From Bacteroidota bacterium (GTDB taxonomy: Bacteria > Bacteroidota > Ignavibacteria > Kryptoniales > JAKASW01), in the NCBI GenBank assembly GCA_021789975.1, contig JAJYIT010000013.1:31864-95863 (forward strand): DNA of 64,000 nucleotides, given 5' to 3'. Every line of letters begins with the position of its first letter. The first letter of the stretch is position 1. The translations under genes and the position numbers were made by a program. Shown here piece by piece: positions 48,101 through 55,571 of the stretch. The notes beneath the pieces are model-generated. The model did not search any database, was not told the origin of the DNA, and saw nothing but the letters and a program-made list of their open reading frames with translations.

Positions 48101-48118
48101 GTTGTTCTAGAGCAATAG
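42140..48118 (+). CDS. Giant 1992-aa multidomain protein: transglutaminase-like N-terminal region, DUF4011, Upf1-like SF1 helicase (AAA_11/AAA_12), DUF559/MTES_1575-type PD-(D/E)xK nuclease-like domain, DUF3320
   Basis: A single uninterrupted ORF. Motifs: GTCFD...GHAYPGAW; WKRRLLDLSLRNRLLNF and ICYLALGFLEW..APILLLPVEL (DUF4011); Walker A GPPGTGKS; VVIFDEASQ; IIAGDPKQLPP; HYRSRHESLI; GIVTFN; VQGDERDVIFFS; RRLNVAITRAR; FRVDLGII..YLAGIQCDGGNYHSAKSARDRDRLRQSVLQGLGWKLIRIWSTDWW; and a DUF3320-like tail. Confidence 0.9.
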   Translation: MSDKIEMQETPLDHYASTESGQEKLEIEIEYDQCINYAIQQNAVPVVKRIKLLNATPLPLLNVLVKITGDPAFCDPWELRIAVLEPERESLLKDVDINLSATFLAGLREKSTGQIKINVSSDDLPLRTANYPIDLLAYDEWPGIRTIPEILAAFVMPNHPSIEPILKDAASLLKTWTEDSSLSGYQTGNPKRAWLSVAAIYTALSKLGISYINPPASFERSGQKVRTPDRILETRLGTCFDLSLLCVSCIEAAGLNPIVVLHNGHAYPGAWLKNETFSPAAIDDIQTLRKRSELGEIVFFESTSLTSDIPREFNQAVLDAAPRLEMDDEFILGIDIKSARRERIRPIPLRAHGVEAFTHQEEKQDNGGIDSVPQVPLSIVQEETAKDKTAISPQSRVDQWKRRLLDLSLRNRLLNFRDTQKTVPILCPDLPALEDALAAGEEFKFAPGIKVMSESDPRSAAVHHTRTGEDAQEEFLKEEMASRRLHTTLSEAEQNKRLLETYRSARTAEEEGGANICYLALGFLEWTQRDAGDQVYSAPILLLPVELTRKSIQQGFHLQEHDDEPRINITLLQMLEKDFNLQVTGLDPLPRDQSGIDVQSVLQTFRTAVRDIKGWEVKNVVRLGLFSFTKYLMWKDLEDRTEDLMRNSVVEHLIKNPETPYPFQGEKPDADRIDDELRPANTFCPRDADSSQLASVLAASRGISFVMEGPPGTGKSQTITNIIAQSLAEGKTVLFVAEKMAALNVVYDRLRGVGLAPYCLELHSSKAKKTDVLQQLAARASAVSNTDVDEWEQLGRSLGSLRTELNQYAALLHRVYPNGLTAFSVTSSLVGMRDEPVVPISWQSVDIHTRADLQNLKGAVDELATTARPCGSIADNRWFGFEHTEWSPGWAQELESQVDTLGKCIIKLEESIRELAPRFGIEGRGFTFRSLKRIEALGAVMLRSPGVSKPMLDIGDWEDFRHRVAEVGVVGRKRDSLRTKLFSEYSTEIANADVSNLRDTWMSASESWWALRWIRRHKVKTALKALHKVRKVPADETIAGILSDVETLQELHSHVASVSGSVGGPLGRFWRGGDPDWEEVDKMCEWVNSFREGVYSVADGDAQKSSIMCHQLSETVTTLNDQLKLDGQIGNSIISFTQSLAEFESAREALSRTGGVNDAKVWGDGAAVDLISVSKKLVDQWKPAVGSLRYWCAWQSARSNAKKLGLAAIVDAIESGSIRTEGLERVFTKSYYLWWLNSLTDQEPLLRQFLREVHEKKIERFRNTDAAFVTKTKGAVTAKLSEERPDPSSTRASSTSEMGVLTRELRRVRRLMPVRTLLSKIPNLLPRLKPCLLMSPLSVSQYLQAGRQPFDVVIFDEASQIPVWDAVGAIARGKQVIIAGDPKQLPPTNFFVKAEEDDEIIEEDLKVEDLESVLDECMGAGLPPMRLNWHYRSRHESLIAFSNSQYYQNSLQTFPSAVTNDSAVSFRHVPSGVYDKGKTRTNREEARAIVSEVIERLTDPTTCNETMGIVTFNLAQQRLIEDMLESERSLHPEIEKYFSPEVEEPVFVKNLENVQGDERDVIFFSVCYGRDLSGKVSLNFGPMNKDGGQRRLNVAITRARNAVRVFSSITGDEIDLRRTQARGVGDLKLFLEYAQRGPSILAPSVSSEAGAEFGSVFEQQVHDALAERGWQSNLQVGCSGFRVDLGIIDKQNPDRYLAGIQCDGGNYHSAKSARDRDRLRQSVLQGLGWKLIRIWSTDWWLEPQRELDRVDGLLHAIEAGPSQCVENGNQNRKDPDPDSTKIMAAPAVGKPETAMSPHGRQNSEPTYTHYIAFSKTPKDGSQLNFYDSYQNSAIRETIVKTIALEGPISLDLLVHRVGMLWGFSRAGNGVRGRVVSLILEGTVNLTRHNGMIWYWPLNLGPERYTDFRVSVPGESDAREIADIAPEEIGNAALSILKQHISIERDELAREVYQLFGYSRLSVAGKAHADYGIHFLILRGFARMDGNMVVLEQ
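42812..43039 (+). other. Domain: transglutaminase-like cysteine-protease-fold core (aa ~225-300)
   Basis: RLGTCFDLSLLCVSCIEAAGLNPIVVLHNGHAYPGAWL. Cys239 (TGT 42854-42856) and His265 are spaced as in the transglutaminase-core Cys-His pair, with Asp283/284 as a candidate third residue. Confidence 0.45.
43322..44059 (+). other. Domain: DUF4011-like region (aa ~395-640)
   Basis: DQWKRRLLDLSLRNRLLNFRDTQKTVPI and ANICYLALGFLEWTQ...YSAPILLLPVELTR. Confidence 0.6.
44192..46969 (+). other. Domain: SF1 (Upf1/DNA2-like) helicase core with ~640-aa insertion between Walker A and motif II
   Basis: Walker A at 44264-44287 (K715). DEAS begins at 46205 (D1356). Motifs III-VI lie downstream. Confidence 0.85.
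47093..47365 (+). other. Domain: DUF559/REase_MTES_1575-like restriction-endonuclease fold
   Basis: FEQQVHDAL..FRVD(1684)LGII..IQ(1701)CDGGNYHS..RDRDRLRQ..GWKLIRIWSTDWW. Confidence 0.65.
47597..48109 (+). other. Domain: DUF3320-like C-terminal region
   Basis: IRETIVKTIALEGPISLDLLVHRVGMLWGFSRAGNGVRGRV and ELAREVYQLFGYSRLS. Confidence 0.5.
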
Positions 48119-48396
48119 GGAATCGTAAGATGCCTATTCTCGGATTCAGTATCGTTGCTCGGCTAATTCAGAGTCGGAAGGGGAGTGAGCTTGTACCACC
48201 ACTCTGTACCTTCGGAACTGCGAGAGATTACTCACGAGCTTTACGGTTTCGTCGCTTCCGCCGGCAGGTTCGGTTCCGCGCGACTTTCATGGCGACCGAC
48301 CGCGACGGCTACTACCAGGATTACGTCGGGGCAGGTTTTTTGTGTCGCTGGGCTGTGTGCAATGCTCGCTAGATTAGATTTTAGAGGCTGACTCGG

Positions 48397-48879
48397 ATGA
48401 GATTAAGATCAATCTCTACGATACTTCATGAAGTCTTTGACAGGGCTCCACATTGGCTTGCGCACCGAAAGAGCTGGTGGAACTTGCTCCTCATCCCCTT
48501 GGGATTAGGAGGTGTCGGTGTCATCACTTCTGGGCTCTTTCATTTTATGTGGTGGGTGCATCTGTTGTTTTACCCTGTCCATGCCGGCCATCAGGGCGAA
48601 TTTTGGAATTCAGGGATTTCACTTAGTGCTTTCGTCCCCAGTTTATTATTCGTTGTCCCCCCTTTTTTTGCTTCAATGCCTCTTGCAGCCCTTATGAGCA
48701 ATGGTATCCTTTGGTTGGTGCCAACGATTAGAGAGGTATTCGAAAAAGAGGCCAAAGCTTTACCGCGAACTTCTTTTGGGGGAACGATGGAAAATGTTCT
48801 CAATACAACTGTGGTACTGGTGCCGATTTGTATGCTGCTCAGTTTTCTTGGCGCAGTGAGTTTGAGCAGCTTGAAATAG
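48397..48879 (+). CDS. Hypothetical integral membrane protein (about 4 TM)
   Basis: 160 aa with four hydrophobic segments. No recognised family. Confidence 0.55.
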   Translation: MRLRSISTILHEVFDRAPHWLAHRKSWWNLLLIPLGLGGVGVITSGLFHFMWWVHLLFYPVHAGHQGEFWNSGISLSAFVPSLLFVVPPFFASMPLAALMSNGILWLVPTIREVFEKEAKALPRTSFGGTMENVLNTTVVLVPICMLLSFLGAVSLSSLK

Positions 48880-49061
48880 GCCTCGATCGCGCTGCCCATA
48901 ACACGGCAAATAACGATATTGGAAGAAGTCATGACTAATACAATCCTCATTGAATACTTCTGTTCGGTCAAAGGAGATTGTCATGCTCACGAGAGTTTTG
49001 TGGCGTTTGCAGAGACGTTATACGAAACCACGCGAACTCAATTTTGAGAAAGGAGACAAGA

Positions 49062-49703
49062 ATGAGGTTGACCAAGTACATGGTGGTGCTTTATTGTGTC
49101 ACTTTGATTTCGGCCACACTGGCGTTCGCTCAAAAATCGCAAGACACGTTACGGGCTACCGTGGGCAACCCGCAACTTCAGAAGGAACTTCTTGACATGG
49201 AGGTCAACGACCAAAATGTCGAACACCTCTTCGTAGACACGATGTCCCAACATCCCAACGATACTCTTGGCATTATCGCTTTTATTAAGAAGATGGATTC
49301 CGTATTCAATCGCAATACAGCGGCTCTAAAAAAAATACTCCAACGCTACGGCTGGCCGGGCATCGATTTGGTTGGTCGAGAGGGCGCTGAGGCAGCATTC
49401 CTTATTGTCCAACATTCAACTGATACTCTCTTCCAAAGAGCTTGTTTGCCACTGCTCAGAACTGCATGCGAACATGGTCAAGCATCCGGCGATAATCTCG
49501 CTTTGCTCACCGACCGAGTCCTCGTGCGTGACGGAAGACCTCAACTTTATGGCACTCAGACGAAGATTGTTAATGGGAAGATAGTCCTGGAGACAATTGC
49601 CGACAGCGCAGACGTGGACGCTCGCCGTGCAAAACTCGGTCTAATGCCTCTATCTAAATACCTGGAGTTGTTGCGAGAGACAATTCACCTTAAGGACAAA
49701 TAA
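49062..49703 (+). CDS. Secreted DUF6624-like protein
   Basis: AGGAG RBS and signal peptide MRLTKYMVVLYCVTLISATLAFAQ. YGWPGIDLVGREGAEAAFLIVQHS...LLTDRVLVRDGRPQLYGTQ...RRAKLGLMPLSKY resembles DUF6624 (from memory). Confidence 0.55.
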   Translation: MRLTKYMVVLYCVTLISATLAFAQKSQDTLRATVGNPQLQKELLDMEVNDQNVEHLFVDTMSQHPNDTLGIIAFIKKMDSVFNRNTAALKKILQRYGWPGIDLVGREGAEAAFLIVQHSTDTLFQRACLPLLRTACEHGQASGDNLALLTDRVLVRDGRPQLYGTQTKIVNGKIVLETIADSADVDARRAKLGLMPLSKYLELLRETIHLKDK

Positions 49704-49973
49704 TATGTGGCTACCCCGATACTCCACGTGCCGTCCGCCAACATCCAAGAACAAGACGTTTCCCGACATAGCACATGTCGAGACAGGCTCAATTGGAAGC
49801 TCGCTTCATTGCCTTTGCCCGCGGTCTCGATGCTTCTTCGGTCACCGGCCGCTCTTCACATTCTTCGATAGATGTTTCGCAACTTTTGTAGCGGGCGTCG
49901 GCGCCGACTTCTTTTTGACGGACATTAATTGGAATTGTGTTTGTGCAGAACAATCGCAGAAACGAGAAATGCA

Positions 49974-51266
49974 ATGCTGAAGAATCTTCTGATTGGAATT
50001 CTAGTCCTCTCAAGTTCCGTGCTACTATATGCTCAGCAGCCGTCTTTTGCGGACACCTTAGCCACATATTTTAATGAAGTCAAAACAGCCACGACGGAAA
50101 ACAAAAATCTATGGAACTACGATACCTATGCCCCAATTTTGTTGGTACAGCCAGATACGCGGGAAGTCTTTGCGAACAGCCCCGACAGTGCAGGTTCACT
50201 GAAAAAAGAGGGAACGATATTTACCGGAAAACTGCCCGACTCAATCACAATTGCGAACACTTCGATTCGTTGGAGTGGCGTCACCTGGGCGATGGTGATG
50301 CTTCCCCTTCCCGAAAATAAATACGAGAGGCTGGACCTTCTAACTCATGAACTCTTTCACGTGGCGCAGCCTCATTTGGGTTTCACACCTTACAATCCCG
50401 AAAACAACCAGCTCGACCAAAAAGACGGAAGAGTATATTTGAGGCTCGAATTGGAGGCTCTGAAAGCTGCTCTGCTTACGGATTCGCATGCCGAGATGGG
50501 AAAGCATATAGCCGACGCCCTGACCTTTCGAATGTACCGCTATCAGATCTATCCCATTGCGGACTCCACCGAAAATCTACTTGAATTAAACGAAGGGCTT
50601 GCTGAATTCACCGGAGTCATGATGAGCGGAAGAAACAGACAGCAAATGCGCGATCACTTTGTAGAGAGCATGAATGAGTTTTTGAAGAATCCGACTTTTG
50701 TGAGATCCTTTGCCTACCAGACAATCCCGATGTATGGTTACCTGCTTCATGAAATAGAACCCGGCTGGAACAAGGACATTACAGATAGGACAAACCTTAC
50801 GGCATATTTCCTGCGGGCTTTTCACATTAAACTACCGCACGACTTGAAAAGCGCAGCGGCAAAGATATCCGGCGAGTATAATGGTGCAAGAATTATTGCT
50901 GAAGAAACTGAGCGGGCAGCAAGAATCGACAAGCTCAAAGCAGAATACAGACGGCTATTTTTCGGGCTGCCGCACCTTACTATCCATCTCCACAAGATGG
51001 GTATTGCCTTTGACCCGCGCAATATTATGCCTCTCGAAAACAAAGGAACCGTTTGCCCGTATCTTAGGGTAACGGACGATTGGGGAATGTTGATCTCGAC
51101 AAAAGCCGCACTTATGAGTCCGACATGGAACGAGGTAACGGTCACTGCTCCGACTCAGATAGGGAAAGAAAAAGTCGTCGGTGATGGTTGGACTATAGAC
51201 TTGAAGGAAGGCTATGTCGTGCAGAAAGACACAGCAACGAATAGTTATATATTGAAAAAGAAATAG
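49974..51266 (+). CDS. Secreted putative gluzincin-type metallopeptidase (HExxH)
   Basis: Signal peptide MLKNLLIGILVLSSSVLLYAQ. HELFH at 50346-50360 and a downstream LNEGLAEFTG, a possible third-ligand Glu motif. Confidence 0.55.
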   Translation: MLKNLLIGILVLSSSVLLYAQQPSFADTLATYFNEVKTATTENKNLWNYDTYAPILLVQPDTREVFANSPDSAGSLKKEGTIFTGKLPDSITIANTSIRWSGVTWAMVMLPLPENKYERLDLLTHELFHVAQPHLGFTPYNPENNQLDQKDGRVYLRLELEALKAALLTDSHAEMGKHIADALTFRMYRYQIYPIADSTENLLELNEGLAEFTGVMMSGRNRQQMRDHFVESMNEFLKNPTFVRSFAYQTIPMYGYLLHEIEPGWNKDITDRTNLTAYFLRAFHIKLPHDLKSAAAKISGEYNGARIIAEETERAARIDKLKAEYRRLFFGLPHLTIHLHKMGIAFDPRNIMPLENKGTVCPYLRVTDDWGMLISTKAALMSPTWNEVTVTAPTQIGKEKVVGDGWTIDLKEGYVVQKDTATNSYILKKK

Positions 51267-51462
51267 GTCAATAATGTGGAGGAAACAAGCGCAACTTCGT
51301 CTAAGGAGCGGGCGCGGCGATTCTATATGTGGAGATCGCCCGACGTCGCTGCCGCTTTGTCGGATCCCATCTTTCGTTTCCTTCGGCCCCGTTCTCGACG
51401 GTCACGACTTCGATAGCGAACGGCCGGGCGCGGTTCGTGTGTAACTTTCTAAACAAGGAGAT

Positions 51463-51999
51463 GTGATGTTCAGAACAGATAATAAGAAAGACATGCTGAC
51501 AGTTTTTCTGTCTGGCGGTGTCACTGTTCTTTTCCTGATACCGCTGCTATATCCCATTCCTTTATGGGCCAAACTCGTTTCCGTCCTTTTCGCGGTTTAC
51601 GTGGTCTACCTGACGTTGAAACTGGCGTGGTGTCTTTCTGAACCGGCCGACGCGTCGGTCTCTCTGAAGCCCCGGGCAATTGAGGCTGAACAGAAGTGCC
51701 TCTGTTCAGTATGCGGGAAAGACCCGCAAGGCAGCCGGACCCTGGAAGTCGGATACCGCGGCAAATCCTTGGCGGCTAATTACCTGGGAGTCCTTATCGG
51801 TGGATACATGGAAGATGCCATCCACTTGTCCGTTCCGATTTGCGAACACTGCGCGAGGCGGTATGCGGCTCTTTCTAAACTCCAGCTCCTCCCTCTGCTC
51901 GGTCTCGATAGAAGCTTCAGGGTTTTGAAGAGAAAACCTGGATACCTAAGGGGCCTGGAGCATCCGTTCGATCGCTCAAATCTCAGAACGGTTCACTGA
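51463..51999 (+). CDS. Membrane-anchored zinc-ribbon protein
   Basis: Two N-terminal TM helices, then CSVCGK...CEHCARRY cysteine pairs. GTG 51463 or ATG 51466 start after AAGGAG. Confidence 0.5.
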   Translation: MMFRTDNKKDMLTVFLSGGVTVLFLIPLLYPIPLWAKLVSVLFAVYVVYLTLKLAWCLSEPADASVSLKPRAIEAEQKCLCSVCGKDPQGSRTLEVGYRGKSLAANYLGVLIGGYMEDAIHLSVPICEHCARRYAALSKLQLLPLLGLDRSFRVLKRKPGYLRGLEHPFDRSNLRTVH

Positions 52000-52154
52000 C
52001 GTGAGTATCCGATCATGGCGTGTTGCTCGGGAGAGATTTGCGGCCTCGGGGCTCACAAATGCAGGAAATCGAATACAGTTGCAGGATTAGAACTTCCCAT
52101 GACAAAAGAAAAACTCTACGTGCTCTGGATTTTCATTCTTCTTAGAACGTCCCG

Positions 52155-52406
52155 ATGGCTCTGAATCTTCTTCCACCGAACGGAGCAATTGGATTCAGGA
52201 CCGCCAGGATATTATCCAGTCCCGTAGTATGGAGTGAGGCAAATACTTTTTCAGGGTGGGTGTTCATTGCGACTGCGATGATCGGAATCGGGATTACATA
52301 CTTTAAACCGGACATTGCAAAGAAATACGGCACGCTTCTATTTTTTAGCATGCTTGCACTCGCACTCACAATCTCGTTCATCTATGTGAATTTCCTTCCC
52401 GGATGA
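52155..52406 (+). CDS. SdpI/YhfL-family small membrane protein (immunity-protein family)
   Basis: LLPPNGAIGFRTARILSSPVVWSEANTFSGW followed by two TM helices. A short ORF from ATG 52099 (MTKEKLYVLWIFILL..) in another frame may be a displaced N-terminal TM segment. Confidence 0.5.
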   Translation: MALNLLPPNGAIGFRTARILSSPVVWSEANTFSGWVFIATAMIGIGITYFKPDIAKKYGTLLFFSMLALALTISFIYVNFLPG

Positions 52407-52545
52407 ACCCGTATATGCGAGTATCAAGCCAACTATGGTGCGAAGGATCAAACTTGGGTAGAGTAACTTCCACGGATGCGCTTGAAGACGCGGTTCGCGG
52501 ATTACTTTCGATTGCCACAAAGAAGAAATGGAGATATAGTAGGAC

Positions 52546-54096
52546 ATGAAGAACGGCTTGTTAACGAAATGGCTTCGTGCAGCTATCGTGGTTCTGGTTT
52601 GCGCTTTCTCATCGGTCAACTCGTTCGGACAGTCGCAGCGGGTTGCCGATCTGACAGCACTGATCAAGCAACATGCAGATTGGAATCCGGGAAATTTCAT
52701 TCTGAACAAACTGGAGACAAATCGGATTGTCATGGTGGGCATTGAACGCTACGGCGATCCGATGTATTCAAGAGTGATAGTGAATGCGCTGAACGATTGG
52801 GTAACTCAATGGGGTCAGAATGGGCCGCAAGAGAAGGCAGGGAAGCTGCCGTCTAAGCTCTTTCTCATACTCGAGATGGACTCTGTGCAGGCAGACGGTG
52901 TTAAACAATATTTCAGAACCGGTGATCCGGTACAGACGATCACACCTTTCAGTTTCATAGGGGACCAGTTTACGACCGGCAAATTTGAGTTCTGTGATGA
53001 CCTGCGTCTCATCAGGCAGCGTGTCGATTCGCTCAACGAACATCGTCCCTCTAACGATCAAATACTTTTCGACATAGTCGGCCCGGAAGAGATAATCACT
53101 CCCGCTACCTGGACAACGGCAAAGAGAGATTCCTTATACGTCCATGGACGTGACGAATATTCTTCCTCTAGAATTGAGAAGCTTCTTGATGAATCGCCCA
53201 CCGCGAAAGCTCTGGTTTTTTACGGACAGCAGCATCTTTACACCGAAAAGATGGAAAAGTTTCAGGGCAAACCGCAGTCGATGGGGTACTATCTCGCCCA
53301 TTACCTTGTGCAATACTTCGGATCCAAAGGTGGTGTCTATACCTGTGAGCAAATCGACGTCAATGCGGATCGCGCAAGGATGGACGAATCAATCAAAGCG
53401 ATAGGTAAGACGTTTGCCATCGACGGCTCAGTCTTCGACGGGGCGGCAGTTGGAACCAATGCATACATTCCCTGGCTGGACGGTGCGATCTTTTATTTTG
53501 TCCCACCGCGATATACGAGGCAGCTTTCGATGCTCTATTCACAAAGACTGGTTGACTACGTGCTGAAAAATATCGATTCTTACAGGAACGTGTCGGAAGA
53601 ATATAACAGGTGGGTCGTGTTATCGTGGATCTACTATCTCTCAAACGCGGCTGGCGTACCATTTCAAGGAATTAATTACAGAAACCAGGTTGTCATTGAT
53701 AGCGCCGTCGCCGCCTGGAAGGAATGGGGAAGATCGACGAAGCTGGACATTGTCGGAAAGATTACCAGCCTTGAATATTTCAAGAAGTATGTCGATATGA
53801 TGAAAAGCTCAGATCCGCGCGCAACGATGGAATATGAACAACATCTCTCAACATTGGTTGGATTCAGAGACTGGTTCCCCATGGGGACTTCGCCGCAGGT
53901 GCGTGCCGACAGTATGTGGGCGCATATTCAAAGATACCGGAAGTCTGTCATAACGGAGAACCTGGTTTATCTTCTTTGGGTCGCAACGAAGTCCGAAAAA
54001 GAGAAGGCGATGGCTGTTCTTGAGAAGGAAACAGGAATGAACTTCAAGACTGCCGGTGAATGGACGAAGTGGTGGGAGAGTCAGAAGGCGAAGTAA
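52546..54096 (+). CDS. Hypothetical secreted protein
   Basis: 516 aa with signal peptide MKNGLLTKWLRAAIVVLVCAFSSVNSFGQ. No recognised family. Confidence 0.7.
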   Translation: MKNGLLTKWLRAAIVVLVCAFSSVNSFGQSQRVADLTALIKQHADWNPGNFILNKLETNRIVMVGIERYGDPMYSRVIVNALNDWVTQWGQNGPQEKAGKLPSKLFLILEMDSVQADGVKQYFRTGDPVQTITPFSFIGDQFTTGKFEFCDDLRLIRQRVDSLNEHRPSNDQILFDIVGPEEIITPATWTTAKRDSLYVHGRDEYSSSRIEKLLDESPTAKALVFYGQQHLYTEKMEKFQGKPQSMGYYLAHYLVQYFGSKGGVYTCEQIDVNADRARMDESIKAIGKTFAIDGSVFDGAAVGTNAYIPWLDGAIFYFVPPRYTRQLSMLYSQRLVDYVLKNIDSYRNVSEEYNRWVVLSWIYYLSNAAGVPFQGINYRNQVVIDSAVAAWKEWGRSTKLDIVGKITSLEYFKKYVDMMKSSDPRATMEYEQHLSTLVGFRDWFPMGTSPQVRADSMWAHIQRYRKSVITENLVYLLWVATKSEKEKAMAVLEKETGMNFKTAGEWTKWWESQKAK

Positions 54097-54101
54097 AACA
54101 A

Positions 54102-54560
54102 ATGACTGTCTTGAAATATCGCCTTACTTGGTTGCTTATTCCAATAGGTGGTTACACAGGCTTATGGCTCCTCGGTAGCATAGCTTTCCTTGTCTACTTT
54201 AGAATATTTAATATCTCAATGGAATTGAAGTACGTCGATATGATCCGAAAAATACCGGCACCTCTCGCGATTTTCACAGTTCCGGTGTGCAGTTTCATTT
54301 CGTTCTTTACAACGAGTAAGATAGTACTCGCAAAATTTGAGAGGCCAGTCGGCGAAAAGTTAGCTCTTCGCGTCGCTCTTCTCTCTCTTCTCTTCACGAT
54401 TTGTCTGGACATAGTAATCACCGTCATCATCCAACGGATGAACATATTGCTATTTCCCGTTAACGTGATGTACCTGCTTGCCTGGGGCAGCATCGTTCCG
54501 GGCGTCCTCCTGGCAGGAAATCGAAAGTCATTTCAGCGAAAGGTCCACCATGGGAAATGA
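54102..54560 (+). CDS. Hypothetical integral membrane protein
   Basis: ATG 54102 lies 6 nt after the previous stop. About 4 TM segments. Overlaps the next gene by 11 nt. Confidence 0.5.
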   Translation: MTVLKYRLTWLLIPIGGYTGLWLLGSIAFLVYFRIFNISMELKYVDMIRKIPAPLAIFTVPVCSFISFFTTSKIVLAKFERPVGEKLALRVALLSLLFTICLDIVITVIIQRMNILLFPVNVMYLLAWGSIVPGVLLAGNRKSFQRKVHHGK

Positions 54561-55491
54561 AATATCTCCGCTTCCGGAACGTCCTTCGTTAATCCACCGG
54601 ATATTTATCGGCAAGCAAGGCATACGAGCCGGGTGGAGTATCGGGATATTCGTAATCATTTCCGCGGTGCTCTCATTCGCTGCACTGTTTTGTGTACGGT
54701 TCATAATTCAAGGCATGCATCCCACGGTTAACGGAGTGCTCCCGCCGGCTCCCTTAGCCATCAGAGAATTCGGATTGTTCCTGGCGCTTTTGGCGGCTTC
54801 GATCATCATGACCCGTATCGAGCACAAGCCGATTATCTCATACGGCTTCGAAGGTGAGCACCGTCTACGATATTTCATTTACGGATTCCTCTTCGGCTTC
54901 ATCGCACTCTCTGCACTTGTTGGGGCTATGATGCTCTTGGGGTTCATCCGGTTCGATGGAGTGCATCTCTACGGTTGGGGAATTCTCAGGTATGCCGTCG
55001 TTTGGGGAGGTGTGTTCGTGATAGTAGGTTTGTACGAGGAATATCTGTTGAGGGGATATCTACAGGCGACTCTGTCGCGCGGAATAGGGGTTTGGTGGAG
55101 TGCCATCATACTTTCGATTGCCTTCGGAAGCCTTCATCTCTTCAACCCGGGAGAATCGCGCATTGGGATCATCTCAGTGGTGGAGGTCGGTCTGGTATTA
55201 TGCCTGAGTCTATGGTACCTGAAGACGCTCTGGTGGGCGATCGGGTTTCACGTGGCCTGGGACTGGGCAGAGTCGTACTTCTGGGGTACCGCCGACAGCG
55301 GGCTGGTGATGAAGGGACATCTGTTCGACGTTCAGCCTCACGGGAACATTCTATGGAGCGGCGGAGCGACAGGACCTGAAGGGAGTTTGCTGGTGATAGT
55401 GCTCTTGTTAATTGCAGCCGCGCTGATGTGGATTACCTGGCACAAAAAAACAGCTGCGACGGATTTGTCAGGAGGAACCACTGTACCATGA
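54550..55491 (+). CDS. CPBP-family intramembrane glutamic endopeptidase (CAAX protease / bacteriocin-processing, Abi family)
   Basis: Multi-TM protein with motifs EEYLLRGYLQ, FGSLHLFN and GFHVAWDW, characteristic of the CPBP family. Confidence 0.8.
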   Translation: MGNEISPLPERPSLIHRIFIGKQGIRAGWSIGIFVIISAVLSFAALFCVRFIIQGMHPTVNGVLPPAPLAIREFGLFLALLAASIIMTRIEHKPIISYGFEGEHRLRYFIYGFLFGFIALSALVGAMMLLGFIRFDGVHLYGWGILRYAVVWGGVFVIVGLYEEYLLRGYLQATLSRGIGVWWSAIILSIAFGSLHLFNPGESRIGIISVVEVGLVLCLSLWYLKTLWWAIGFHVAWDWAESYFWGTADSGLVMKGHLFDVQPHGNILWSGGATGPEGSLLVIVLLLIAAALMWITWHKKTAATDLSGGTTVP

Positions 55492-55571
55492 TCAATTCGT
55501 TGTTCTATTAAAAGACCGATTCTCGGAAGAGAACTCCAAATGAACAGAATTAACTAACGGGAGATAATACA

